A stretch of DNA of 64,000 nucleotides. Source: an uncultured Clostridia bacterium (GTDB taxonomy: Bacteria > Acidobacteriota > Aminicenantia > UBA2199). The stretch is from assembly GCA_964400545.1 (NCBI GenBank), contig CAYNUG010000002.1, positions 2,671 through 66,670 of the forward strand, in the 5' to 3' direction. The translations under genes and the position numbers were made by a program. Below, one piece after another: positions 9,161 through 17,814 of the stretch; the stretch's first letter is position 1, and each line of letters starts with the position of its first letter. The notes under the pieces were generated by a model. It was not told where the DNA came from, ran no database searches, and saw only the letters and a program-made list of their open reading frames with translations.

Positions 9161-10711
9161 ATGAAGAATTTAACAGTTATTTTACTACTTGTTTTTTGTT
9201 TGTTTTCTATTGGATTGTTTGCTCAGGAGAAGGAGATCCGGGAGGATATGGTTGTTATCAATGTTGAGGTTCCTGTTCGGGTAATGCATAAGGGGAAGCC
9301 TGTTGATAATTTGAAAAAATCAGATTTCAGATTATTTGAGAACGGGAAAGAAATTGATATAAACGGATTCAATATTGTCAGGAAAAAAATATCAAGCCAG
9401 AGTATTGAACTTGATTCAGAGAGAAAACAATTCTATGAGCCGAGGTTATTTGTATTGGCATTCAGTGTCACAAATTTCAATAAATTCTATGAAAAAGGGG
9501 TCAGGTACTTTTTTAATACAGTATTGAGAAAAGAAGATAAATTGTTGATTTTTGTGAATAATGCGACCTTAACTTATAACAATTTGAATTCTAAACAGAA
9601 GATCCTTGAGGAAATAATTCTTAGATTGAATAAAGAAGGCAAAGAAGCAAGAAAAAATCTAAGACTTGTGATGATGAGAACGGACAGTGGAGTGAGAAAT
9701 TTAGTTGCAAAATTGAAATCACCACCAAACAGAGGAGCAAAATCTGTATTGCAAAGCGAAGTGTTATCATTTTTCATGCAATATCACTCTGCCTGGAAGA
9801 TGTATAAACAGAGTTATCTGACACTGGATATTTATACACTTTATAATTTTGCGGCATTTTTAAAAAGGATAACTCTGGAAAAATGGGTGATAAGCTTTTA
9901 TCAATATGAAAGGTTTTCCGTGATAAATTTCAATTCTTCCGGAGGTCAATTAATTAGAAAATATATGGGGCCGGAAAGTGGAAGAATTGCCGGTGCCGTT
10001 TCCCGGGAATTCACAGCCGGAAGGACTTTCCCGTATGAAGAGGTCAGCAAAATGTATTATAACCTTGGTGCGACATTTAATCTTGTTGTGATACCGACCA
10101 GAATTGAGACAGATTCTGAAGCAACAAAAACTGCTAACCTTTCAACGGCAGCAGAGATCACATTGAGAGAGATTGCCAAAAGGACAGGCGGATCTGTTTC
10201 ATTCTCTACAGATCTCACAAAATCACTCGAAAAAATTATTGAGAAGGAAGATATCAGCTATATTCTTACTTATGCACCGGAGGATAGTTCGAGAAGAGGG
10301 AGACTGAAGATCAAGCTCAAAGGTATGAGTTACAAACTTCTATATGATAATAATCAGAGAGCAGGTTTTATTAAAAGGAAAATGAAAAAATATACTGCTA
10401 AAGAGAAGATGGTGAAAGTTGAGAATCTTCAATTCCTGGATAAAAAACTCTTTTTTAGGATGATTAATTTCAAACAGAAAAAATACAAGAAGATAAAAGC
10501 AGGAAAGATCCAGGTCAATGTAATAATAAAAAATGATTTTGGTAAGATCCTGTTTGATGAAAATAAAATATTAAATCCTGAAAAAAAATCGACTGAAATG
10601 TCGATAGGTTTCAACTGGCTGAAGTCCGGCAAGTATGATCTGATAATTGATGTCAGAGATATGCTGACCAACCACAAAGCATTCGAATATTTGAAGATCG
10701 AGGTTAAGTGA
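9161..10711 (+). CDS. Hypothetical secreted protein (516 aa), possibly with a VWA-like fold.
   Basis: Signal peptide MKNLTVILLLVFCLFSIGLFAQE. Weak resemblance to VWA-like beta-alpha-beta pattern (LFVLAFSV.., KLLIFVNNATL, TGGSVSF). Function unknown. Confidence 0.4.
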   Translation: MKNLTVILLLVFCLFSIGLFAQEKEIREDMVVINVEVPVRVMHKGKPVDNLKKSDFRLFENGKEIDINGFNIVRKKISSQSIELDSERKQFYEPRLFVLAFSVTNFNKFYEKGVRYFFNTVLRKEDKLLIFVNNATLTYNNLNSKQKILEEIILRLNKEGKEARKNLRLVMMRTDSGVRNLVAKLKSPPNRGAKSVLQSEVLSFFMQYHSAWKMYKQSYLTLDIYTLYNFAAFLKRITLEKWVISFYQYERFSVINFNSSGGQLIRKYMGPESGRIAGAVSREFTAGRTFPYEEVSKMYYNLGATFNLVVIPTRIETDSEATKTANLSTAAEITLREIAKRTGGSVSFSTDLTKSLEKIIEKEDISYILTYAPEDSSRRGRLKIKLKGMSYKLLYDNNQRAGFIKRKMKKYTAKEKMVKVENLQFLDKKLFFRMINFKQKKYKKIKAGKIQVNVIIKNDFGKILFDENKILNPEKKSTEMSIGFNWLKSGKYDLIIDVRDMLTNHKAFEYLKIEVK

Positions 10712-10725
10712 TCTCAGGTATATTA

Positions 10726-10836
10726 TCTGAACCCTGATTCGCCTGATGGGCATGATGCCTATAGATTTATCCCGAAAATGAGTACTTTGAGTAATCATAG
10801 AAATCTTTTAATCAAGTAAATCATGGTTCGGACAAA
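10726..10836. repeat. Mosaic intergenic repeat, copy B (modules M1+M2): tctgaaccctgattcgcctgatgggcatgatgcctatagatttatcccg ... gtaaatcatggttcggacaa.
   Basis: Seen directly. Shares M1 with copies at 8058, 13049, 17653 and M2 with the copy at 8058. Confidence 0.75.
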
Positions 10837-10971
10837 AATTACTGTGAAGATTATTTAAGATTCTTCGGATAATTATTTTTAAGCTTCCAGAAATTAATTT
10901 CTTACAAAATAATTTGATTATGTCACAATTATCAATTGCAAACGTCATAGGGTATTGATATTAGAAAAGCT

Positions 10972-11487
10972 ATGAGAAATGAATATACGATGGATAATAA
11001 AAATATGATAGATCAATTGTTCACCCGGTATAACAAAAAAATATTCAACTTTGTTTTTCGCCTGACCGGAGATAGTGATCAGTCAAAAGATATAGTTCAG
11101 GAAACATTTATCAGAGTTTACAAAATACTAATGTCAGGATCGATTATCCAGAACCAGAAGGCAATAATCTTTAAGATCGCTTATAACCTTTTCATTGATA
11201 AATTCAGAAAGAACAAAAACACTATTAATAATAATTCCCTTCTTGAGCAAAGACAACATGAAATATTGAACCCTGAAGAGAATTACTTAAATACTGAAAA
11301 CAGAGAACTATTAACAAAAGGAATTAAAAGAATGAAGAGAAAAGAGCAGATATTGCTCGATTTGTATGCAGAGAATTTCTCATATAAAGAGATGGCAGAG
11401 ATCATAGACATGAACCAGAACTCTGTCGGGAAGACATTGTCGAGAACCATCGATAAGCTTTTCAAAAATGTAAATATCGGAGAATAA
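10972..11487 (+). CDS. RNA polymerase sigma-70 factor, ECF subfamily.
   Basis: Region 2 (IVQETFIRVYK...KIAYNLFIDKFRK) and region 4 (FSYKEMAEIIDMNQNSVGKTLSRTIDKL) signatures. 171 aa. Start could be the downstream Met at 10990. Confidence 0.8.
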   Translation: MRNEYTMDNKNMIDQLFTRYNKKIFNFVFRLTGDSDQSKDIVQETFIRVYKILMSGSIIQNQKAIIFKIAYNLFIDKFRKNKNTINNNSLLEQRQHEILNPEENYLNTENRELLTKGIKRMKRKEQILLDLYAENFSYKEMAEIIDMNQNSVGKTLSRTIDKLFKNVNIGE

Positions 11488-11488
11488 A

Positions 11489-11989
11489 ATGAAACATTTA
11501 AAAAGATTTAAAATACAGCTGTTTATAGATAATGAGTTGTCAAATGAAGAATGTAAAATAGCAGAAACTCATCTGGCAGAGTGCAAAGAGTGTAAATCAG
11601 TTGAAACTAATATTAGAAAAAAGATTTCTTTTCTGAAGAATGTAATAGCTGAATCAGGCGTAGAGAGAACCCCGGAAATGAAATTTGTTCCTGAGATTCC
11701 CAAAGAAATCTCTAGGAAAAAGAAATATATAAGATTACCTGTCCCGGTATTTGCAGCAATGATTGGAATAATTGTGTTTATGGGATTAATGCTGTTGTTT
11801 AATGGAAATCAGGCAAAAGGATCTATTCCTGAGATCGAAGGAAAATCTATTGTTAATTATGTAAGAGTTGAGTCGGAGAGTTCGAGAGAGATAAGTTCTA
11901 TAAACTTGGATCTGTCTGAATATTCAGCAATAAAAAAGCCCAAAATCAGGGTGATAAAGAGAGGAAAAACAAAAAATGAAAAAATTTAA
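11489..11989 (+). CDS. Anti-sigma factor, zinc-finger (ZAS-like HxxxCxxC) with a single transmembrane helix.
   Basis: Starts 2 nt after the sigma gene stop. HLAECKECK motif. TM segment VPVFAAMIGIIVFMGLMLLF. Confidence 0.65.
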   Translation: MKHLKRFKIQLFIDNELSNEECKIAETHLAECKECKSVETNIRKKISFLKNVIAESGVERTPEMKFVPEIPKEISRKKKYIRLPVPVFAAMIGIIVFMGLMLLFNGNQAKGSIPEIEGKSIVNYVRVESESSREISSINLDLSEYSAIKKPKIRVIKRGKTKNEKI

Positions 11990-13034
11990 AATTTTATTTC
12001 TATTAATGTCAGTTATTTTTTTTCCTGGTAAAGGTTTTCCGGCAGGATCAGAAATGGTTAAAAACAATGATACCGGGGATACCGAAAAGGTCACTTTTTC
12101 CCAGCAGGAAGAATTCATATCTGTAACTGACAAGAATCCGGATTATAAGTCGAAAACTTTTATCAAACTGTCAATTAAGATAATTGAGATTAAATCATCA
12201 AAATCGATCCTTAAATCTGAATTAGCAATAAAAGTGATTGATGGTGAAGAAGGTAGTGTAAGGATAGGTTCTGGTCCTCCTGTGAAGAAACCTATAAATT
12301 ATAAATCAAAAATAAAACGTGAAATGATGGTTATAAATATCTCTCCCAAGATAATTAAGGATAAAGGCATTCGACTGAGTATTAAAACCTCATATTTTGT
12401 AACTGATGATGCTTATGCTAAGTTCAATAATCGAAAGGACCAATCTCAGAGTGCAAATTCATCGAGTGATGTATTAACGGCGAATTTAGAAGAGGTAATG
12501 ATTGATTTGCTTGAAAACAAGAAAAAAAAATCAAAAATAGTAATGAAGGTGACACCTTTCATTGAAACAATCTCAGGTGCTAAAGTTTATCCAGGGATAG
12601 TTAAATTCAAACTGATGACACCTATTCTTATAATGAATGATGAATTAATATACAAAAATACGAGTTCCCCGGATTTTATGTCCGGAGTATCATCAGATAA
12701 GACAATTAAATCGAGTTGTTTTATTGAATGCATAGTTAGAAAAAAGAATACAGGTTCTTTTCTTCTATCGGTTAAACCGTTCAAGGGATTAAAAAAAGTC
12801 GGAGTTGTAAACAATAAGATCATGAAATTCAGGTTTGAGAAAGACAAATTTGAATTAATATCACTCGAACAAATTCTTCCGCTTGAAGGGAAGTGGATTA
12901 TTTATGGGATGCATATTCCTGTAAAAAAGTTTGGTGGAGATCCTCTTGACAGAAATCCTTTCATTAAGGGTAAGGGTGGAGTTTATGTGTTATGTGTGGG
13001 TGATGTGGAAGAATATCTAAAAGATCTTTTGTGA
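11976..13034 (+). CDS. Hypothetical secreted protein co-transcribed with the sigma/anti-sigma pair.
   Basis: Signal peptide MKKFKILFLLMSVIFFPG. 14-nt overlap with the anti-sigma gene. Confidence 0.45.
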   Translation: MKKFKILFLLMSVIFFPGKGFPAGSEMVKNNDTGDTEKVTFSQQEEFISVTDKNPDYKSKTFIKLSIKIIEIKSSKSILKSELAIKVIDGEEGSVRIGSGPPVKKPINYKSKIKREMMVINISPKIIKDKGIRLSIKTSYFVTDDAYAKFNNRKDQSQSANSSSDVLTANLEEVMIDLLENKKKKSKIVMKVTPFIETISGAKVYPGIVKFKLMTPILIMNDELIYKNTSSPDFMSGVSSDKTIKSSCFIECIVRKKNTGSFLLSVKPFKGLKKVGVVNNKIMKFRFEKDKFELISLEQILPLEGKWIIYGMHIPVKKFGGDPLDRNPFIKGKGGVYVLCVGDVEEYLKDLL

Positions 13035-13048
13035 TTTTGAGGGACATT

Positions 13049-13181
13049 ATCTGAGCCCTGATTCGCCTGATTAATCTGATGGCATGTTGGTGTAGTTCTA
13101 TCCCGGAGATATTTTTTTGTAGGGGCAAATGGCAATTTGTCCGGATTTGGACAAGATAAATCGGTGAATTGCCATTCACTC
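13049..13181. repeat. Mosaic intergenic repeat, copy C (modules M1+M3). Contains ttttttgtaggggcaaatggcaatttgtccggatttggac and hairpin ggtgaat-tgcc-attcact followed by a T-rich tract.
   Basis: Seen directly. M1 matches copy B over the first ~50 bp. M3 matches copies A and D. Confidence 0.75.
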
Positions 13182-13331
13182 CTTGTATATTAGATTATTA
13201 AATTAGTTTTATTGATTTAATTGCTTAAGGCAATAAATATGTTGTGCTTTGGTATCGTTTTATAGTTAGTTTGAAAATTAACTTTGAATTTTATATGATC
13301 TTGCTAAGGTTTTTTAAGAGATGGAGGGATT

Positions 13332-14129
13332 ATGAAAAAAGGTATTGTGCTATTGCTAATTGTTTTTTCCATGTCACTGTTCAGTGATGAATTTACAAGA
13401 TATGATATTCAGAATTCTTATTCCAAACTCTTTTCGATTGAGGCGATGGAATATAAGGGGAAAAAGTATATCAGTGTTCGGGTAAGTAAAAATGAGGATG
13501 CGGTTTTTTCAGAATTAACCGAGTCCTATTATTTTTTCCTTACATATCTGATAACTAACGGGAGTAAATATGATTTCGAAGAAATAAAAAAAGAGACTGA
13601 TAAGAATAAGATGAATGAACTTTTCGTAAATCAGCTGAAAAAAAATGATAGGTTCAACAACCTGGTGGTTCCTGTAATTTCCCGTTATCTGATCTCAAAA
13701 GGGCATTTGGTGCCATTCTTTAAGCCTGAAGAGGATAAACCGGTCACAATAACTGAGATACAAAGAACAGCTGTCAGGTTCTTTTATCCCCATTTAGGCA
13801 GGAATGGGAAAATGCAATTTTACATTTGTGCAGGGATAAACGGTTTTAAAGATTTTGGCGGAAAGAGAAATTTACTTGTCGAGGCATTTGCGTATGCGGC
13901 AATATTTAATGATCTAGGAACTGATTCGAAAGTTAACCTGTCAACAATATTTTCAAAACTCCTCGGGAAGATCATGAAGCTGGGAATGTCAAATGATAAA
14001 GATGTAAATGTCCATCGTATTCAGGGAGCCGCCTGGTTTGAGATGAGTAAAGACAAAAAACTGGAAAAGGTTTTGATCAATTCATTTAGAGTTCACAAGT
14101 CTCTATTGCCATTCAAACTGGAAATGTGA
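13332..14129 (+). CDS. Hypothetical secreted protein.
   Basis: Signal peptide MKKGIVLLLIVFSMSLFSDE. 265 aa. Confidence 0.45.
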   Translation: MKKGIVLLLIVFSMSLFSDEFTRYDIQNSYSKLFSIEAMEYKGKKYISVRVSKNEDAVFSELTESYYFFLTYLITNGSKYDFEEIKKETDKNKMNELFVNQLKKNDRFNNLVVPVISRYLISKGHLVPFFKPEEDKPVTITEIQRTAVRFFYPHLGRNGKMQFYICAGINGFKDFGGKRNLLVEAFAYAAIFNDLGTDSKVNLSTIFSKLLGKIMKLGMSNDKDVNVHRIQGAAWFEMSKDKKLEKVLINSFRVHKSLLPFKLEM

Positions 14130-14220
14130 AAACACAATCAAAGAAGTGTTTTAAAATTTTGGAATAATTTTATTTAAAATTATATAATTCTTTTAATAGA
14201 GTTTTTCCGGGGGAAAAGGA

Positions 14221-15222
14221 ATGAGAAAGTTTATATTGTTCATATTGCTGGGTTTGATTGTACTTAATATTCCTGCAAAGAAGCTGGCCGAGTTTGATGA
14301 TATCTATAAGCCCTGGCAAATTGAAATCTCTGGTGATGATCTGTATGTGGTTGATGACTATTCTATCAAACTTTTTTCATTGAAAAATGCAAAGCTTATT
14401 GCCCAGTTTGGGAAAAAAGGGGAAGGGCCGGGGGAATTTAAAATGTCTCCTTCAATATCTGTTTTTCCTGATTATATCTTTGTCAGTGATTACGGTAAGA
14501 TACTTTTTTTCAAGAGAGATGGCAAGTATATTAGGGAAAAGAAAATTCCTGCTGAAATTGATCTTACGAAGGTAGGGAAGAATTACCTTGCCAGAGAATA
14601 TAGCTTTGATGCAAAAGAAAGAAAAAGCAAATTCGGAGTTAAAGTTGTAGATAGTGAATTAAAAAAAATTAAAGATATATATACATTTACGAGAAAGTTT
14701 CCTAGACGCAATATCAATAGCAAAAAAAAGAACATATTTGACCGTGAAATGTTTCAAAAGAGAAAGAGAATTACTACTGATGGTAATTTTATTTATCTAT
14801 ATGATACAAGCAAAGGGTTCCATATAGAAATTTTTGATCCTATGGGAGAAAAGATCAGAACTATTACAAAAAAAACAGAATTAGTAAAAATCAGTAATAA
14901 GTTTAAGAAAAAATATGCTGAAAATTTGGAGAAGAACAGAAAGAAAAATATAGGAGGAATATCATTCGGGTTTAATTATATTTTCCCAGAGTATTTCCCT
15001 CCAATAATTTATTTATCTGCGGATAACAAAAAGATTTATGTTACTACCTATGAAAATGATGCGGATAAAAGAACTCTTATTATTCTTGATCATAATGGTG
15101 TAATACAAAAAAAAATCTCGATATTAACTCAAAATATGTCAACTATACATAATGATAAACTTTATTATCTCATCGACAATGAAGATGAAGAGGTGTGGGA
15201 ACTTCATGCTGAGGATCTATAA
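14221..15222 (+). CDS. Secreted 6-bladed beta-propeller (NHL-like) family protein, paralog 1.
   Basis: Signal peptide. Repeated blade motif with GKKGEGPGEF (NHL-type G.G.G.F signature). Paralogous to the two following genes. Confidence 0.6.
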   Translation: MRKFILFILLGLIVLNIPAKKLAEFDDIYKPWQIEISGDDLYVVDDYSIKLFSLKNAKLIAQFGKKGEGPGEFKMSPSISVFPDYIFVSDYGKILFFKRDGKYIREKKIPAEIDLTKVGKNYLAREYSFDAKERKSKFGVKVVDSELKKIKDIYTFTRKFPRRNINSKKKNIFDREMFQKRKRITTDGNFIYLYDTSKGFHIEIFDPMGEKIRTITKKTELVKISNKFKKKYAENLEKNRKKNIGGISFGFNYIFPEYFPPIIYLSADNKKIYVTTYENDADKRTLIILDHNGVIQKKISILTQNMSTIHNDKLYYLIDNEDEEVWELHAEDL

Positions 15223-15270
15223 TTTATAAATAGTCATAGTGGGATGTATTACTTCTGAACAGGGGGTTGG

Positions 15271-16266
15271 ATGAAATTCTTTATAATTTTTAATTTATTA
15301 TTTATTTCACTCTTTTCTGTTGTTCTTAACAGTAAAGTATTGTGGAAAAGTTCTATTGTTATAGGAATGCCCGTCAAAGTAGTAGTAAATAAGGAAGGGA
15401 TTTTTATTGGGGACAGTAAGCAAATAAAAATATTTCATCTTGATCTTAATGGGAAAATGATCTCTGAGATCGGTAAGCCGGGTGAAGGCCCGAATGAATT
15501 TACAAGTCTGCAGGATTTTGCAATTCATAAAGAAAAAATATATGTAAAAAGTAACTCCCGAATAAAATGCTTGAATTTAAAAGGGGAATTCATAAATAAG
15601 TGGAACTTTACAATGAAATATACCGTGCACCACTTTTTTGTAAACGAATCTGGTTTTATCCTGGTGGGGAAAAAATTCGAGACAGACCCAAAAGCTTATT
15701 CAAAACCGGAAACATCTCCCTATAATTTTTTTCATAATATTTCATTTAGTGGAGAGCTGATAAAAAGTTTCGGACCATCTTTCCCTGAGCTGGAAAAACT
15801 GAACGTGTGGGATAATCTTCTAATCCTTGCAGGTATGACTCCTTCCGTTATTAATAATGAAATATTTTATGCTAATCATCTGAATTACCAGATCTGGAAA
15901 GCATCAATACGTAGTGGGGAGAGTGTTAAATTAATCGATGAAGATGTCTTATACTTTATTCCATTCTTATCCAAACTTAATCAGTTTTCCGGAAAAGGAG
16001 GAACAATAACCAGGGGAGATATCAGGGGAACATATATAAGGTTTTTCAAGGATGGGGAAAAATTAGTAGTGTATTTAAAGGGTGGCAGCTGGAGTAAAGG
16101 ATACAAATCCACATACTTAAGAGTATACGCTCTTCAACCTCATGTTAGATTCATAAAGGAAACAAAGCTTGATAACAACCTGAATGTTTTTTCCTATTAT
16201 AATGGTGTGTTTTATGGATTTGATGATGAAGGAGATTTTCTGGCAATGAAGATTGATTCGAACTGA
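15271..16266 (+). CDS. Secreted 6-bladed beta-propeller (NHL-like) family protein, paralog 2.
   Basis: Signal peptide. GKPGEGPNEF blade motif aligns with GKKGEGPGEF of the neighbours. Confidence 0.6.
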   Translation: MKFFIIFNLLFISLFSVVLNSKVLWKSSIVIGMPVKVVVNKEGIFIGDSKQIKIFHLDLNGKMISEIGKPGEGPNEFTSLQDFAIHKEKIYVKSNSRIKCLNLKGEFINKWNFTMKYTVHHFFVNESGFILVGKKFETDPKAYSKPETSPYNFFHNISFSGELIKSFGPSFPELEKLNVWDNLLILAGMTPSVINNEIFYANHLNYQIWKASIRSGESVKLIDEDVLYFIPFLSKLNQFSGKGGTITRGDIRGTYIRFFKDGEKLVVYLKGGSWSKGYKSTYLRVYALQPHVRFIKETKLDNNLNVFSYYNGVFYGFDDEGDFLAMKIDSN

Positions 16267-16405
16267 GGGATAATCAGATATGGGAGAATTCGGAGTAGGA
16301 AATTTCAACATGGGATTTGATAGTTCCAAATGAATGTGAAGTTATTTTTCTTGAAATGTTAGTTCGATAGATATTTGTAATATCTTAAATATATAGGAGG
16401 TACAA

Positions 16406-17554
16406 TTGAAAAAATTATTTATTCTATTGTCATTGCTATTCATCATGGTTTGTTTCAATAATTTGCTTCCCCGGGATAAAGATACTTTTAAAAGTAATTC
16501 CGGATCTTCCATTCTTAATAAAAATGAGAGAGTGTTGATGTTGAAAAAAGTCTTTTCTCTTGAGGGGAATTCAGATGAATATCAGTTTAAAGATCCTATC
16601 AGGTTTGATATCGGAGAGGATGGTTCAATCTTTATCATGGACCGGAACAGGGCTCTTTACAAATTTTCAGAAGAAGGAATATTTCAGAAGAATCTGCTAA
16701 TAAAAGGAGAGGGTCCGGGGGAGTTGAAACGCCTGTTCAGGTTCTTTATAGATAATAACAGAGTCATTCTGTTTGATCACTTTCCAAACAAAATTGTTGA
16801 AAAAGATTTTAAGGGAAAGTTTATAAATAACTTCTCAATTCCAGAAAGAAAACTTAAGGTCGTAATTCTTCTGGGGATTGAAAGTGGATTGTTCTTTTTC
16901 TCTATAGCAGAAGATGGGAACATCCCGAAAAAACTTTCAAAAGAATATAGAGAATTTTCCAGAAAAATTTTTTTTCACACTTGGAAAAATGGAGAAAAAA
17001 ATATAAAAAAGGGTGAGTCTTTCTACATAGATCATTCCAGGTGGAAAAGAAAACAAAAATATATTATCGGCGGCACATCACCGCTAAATGCATTTGAGAT
17101 CAGCAATGTAAAAAATGGTTCTGCATATTTTATAAATAGCTTTGATTATAAGATTAAAAAACTTGATGTTCATGACCTGAAGATTAAAAATGAGTTTGGC
17201 AGGCCTTATGTTAGAGTCAAATATTTCCATCCTCCCGAATATCTTGAAGAGATGAGAAGGGAAAAGAAATCTGTCGAAGATCCGGAAAAAAAACATTTTC
17301 AGGCAGTTCAGAAATTGATCAATAGAGGAACTGAGGTGTGGGCGGTTACTTCAACGTTTAAAAAGGATAAAGGCATTTTAGTCGATGTGTTTTCTCCGGA
17401 TGGAACGTATATGGATAAATTCTACTTACCCCTTCCTGAGATAACATCTTCTCACTTGCCTGAATTTAATATTGTAGATAATAAAATCGTCATTCTTGGA
17501 AAAGATGAAGATGAGAACCACATCATAAATATTTATGAAATAGTAGATTTGTAA
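16406..17554 (+). CDS. Secreted 6-bladed beta-propeller (NHL-like) family protein, paralog 3 (TTG start).
   Basis: AGGAGG RBS 6 nt upstream of TTG at 16406. Signal peptide. IKGEGPGELKRLF blade motif. Confidence 0.6.
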   Translation: MKKLFILLSLLFIMVCFNNLLPRDKDTFKSNSGSSILNKNERVLMLKKVFSLEGNSDEYQFKDPIRFDIGEDGSIFIMDRNRALYKFSEEGIFQKNLLIKGEGPGELKRLFRFFIDNNRVILFDHFPNKIVEKDFKGKFINNFSIPERKLKVVILLGIESGLFFFSIAEDGNIPKKLSKEYREFSRKIFFHTWKNGEKNIKKGESFYIDHSRWKRKQKYIIGGTSPLNAFEISNVKNGSAYFINSFDYKIKKLDVHDLKIKNEFGRPYVRVKYFHPPEYLEEMRREKKSVEDPEKKHFQAVQKLINRGTEVWAVTSTFKKDKGILVDVFSPDGTYMDKFYLPLPEITSSHLPEFNIVDNKIVILGKDEDENHIINIYEIVDL

Positions 17555-17652
17555 CTTTGCGAGGCTGGGATGAATCGGTGTGAGAACTTCATGTTGTTTA
17601 TTTGTAGGGAGCGAGAGAGGATTGATTTTAATGAGTGGACAAATTAAAAAAT

Positions 17653-17775
17653 GTCTGAACCCTGATTCCATTTGTTATCCTGATTTACATAGATGGAGAT
17701 TAGTGTAGGGGCAAATGGCCATTTGCCCGGATTTGAACTGAAATATCAAAAGCGGTTACACTATGTCCCCTAGTT
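17653..17775. repeat. Mosaic intergenic repeat, copy D (modules M1+M3). Contains a perfect 20-bp palindrome GGGCAAATGGCCATTTGCCC at 17708-17727.
   Basis: Seen directly. tctgaaccctgattcc ... gtgtaggggcaaatggccatttgcccggatttgaac. Confidence 0.75.
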
Positions 17776-17814
17776 GAGTTTGATATTCCCCAAGTGTCAT
17801 TGTAGAATTGTCTG

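Noticed and set aside
17700-17740. tRNA-like resemblance: the reverse complement of cccggatttgaac looks like a T-arm GTTCAAATCC.
   Set aside because: No complementary T-stem, acceptor stem or anticodon arm can be built around it. It is not a tRNA gene. It could at most be a tRNA-derived fragment within the repeat.
6190-17775. Integron attC-site hypothesis for the post-gene palindromic repeats.
   Set aside because: There is no tyrosine recombinase/intI gene. The elements are not overall imperfect inverted repeats with R''/R' core sites. They also occur upstream of genes and overlap a coding region.
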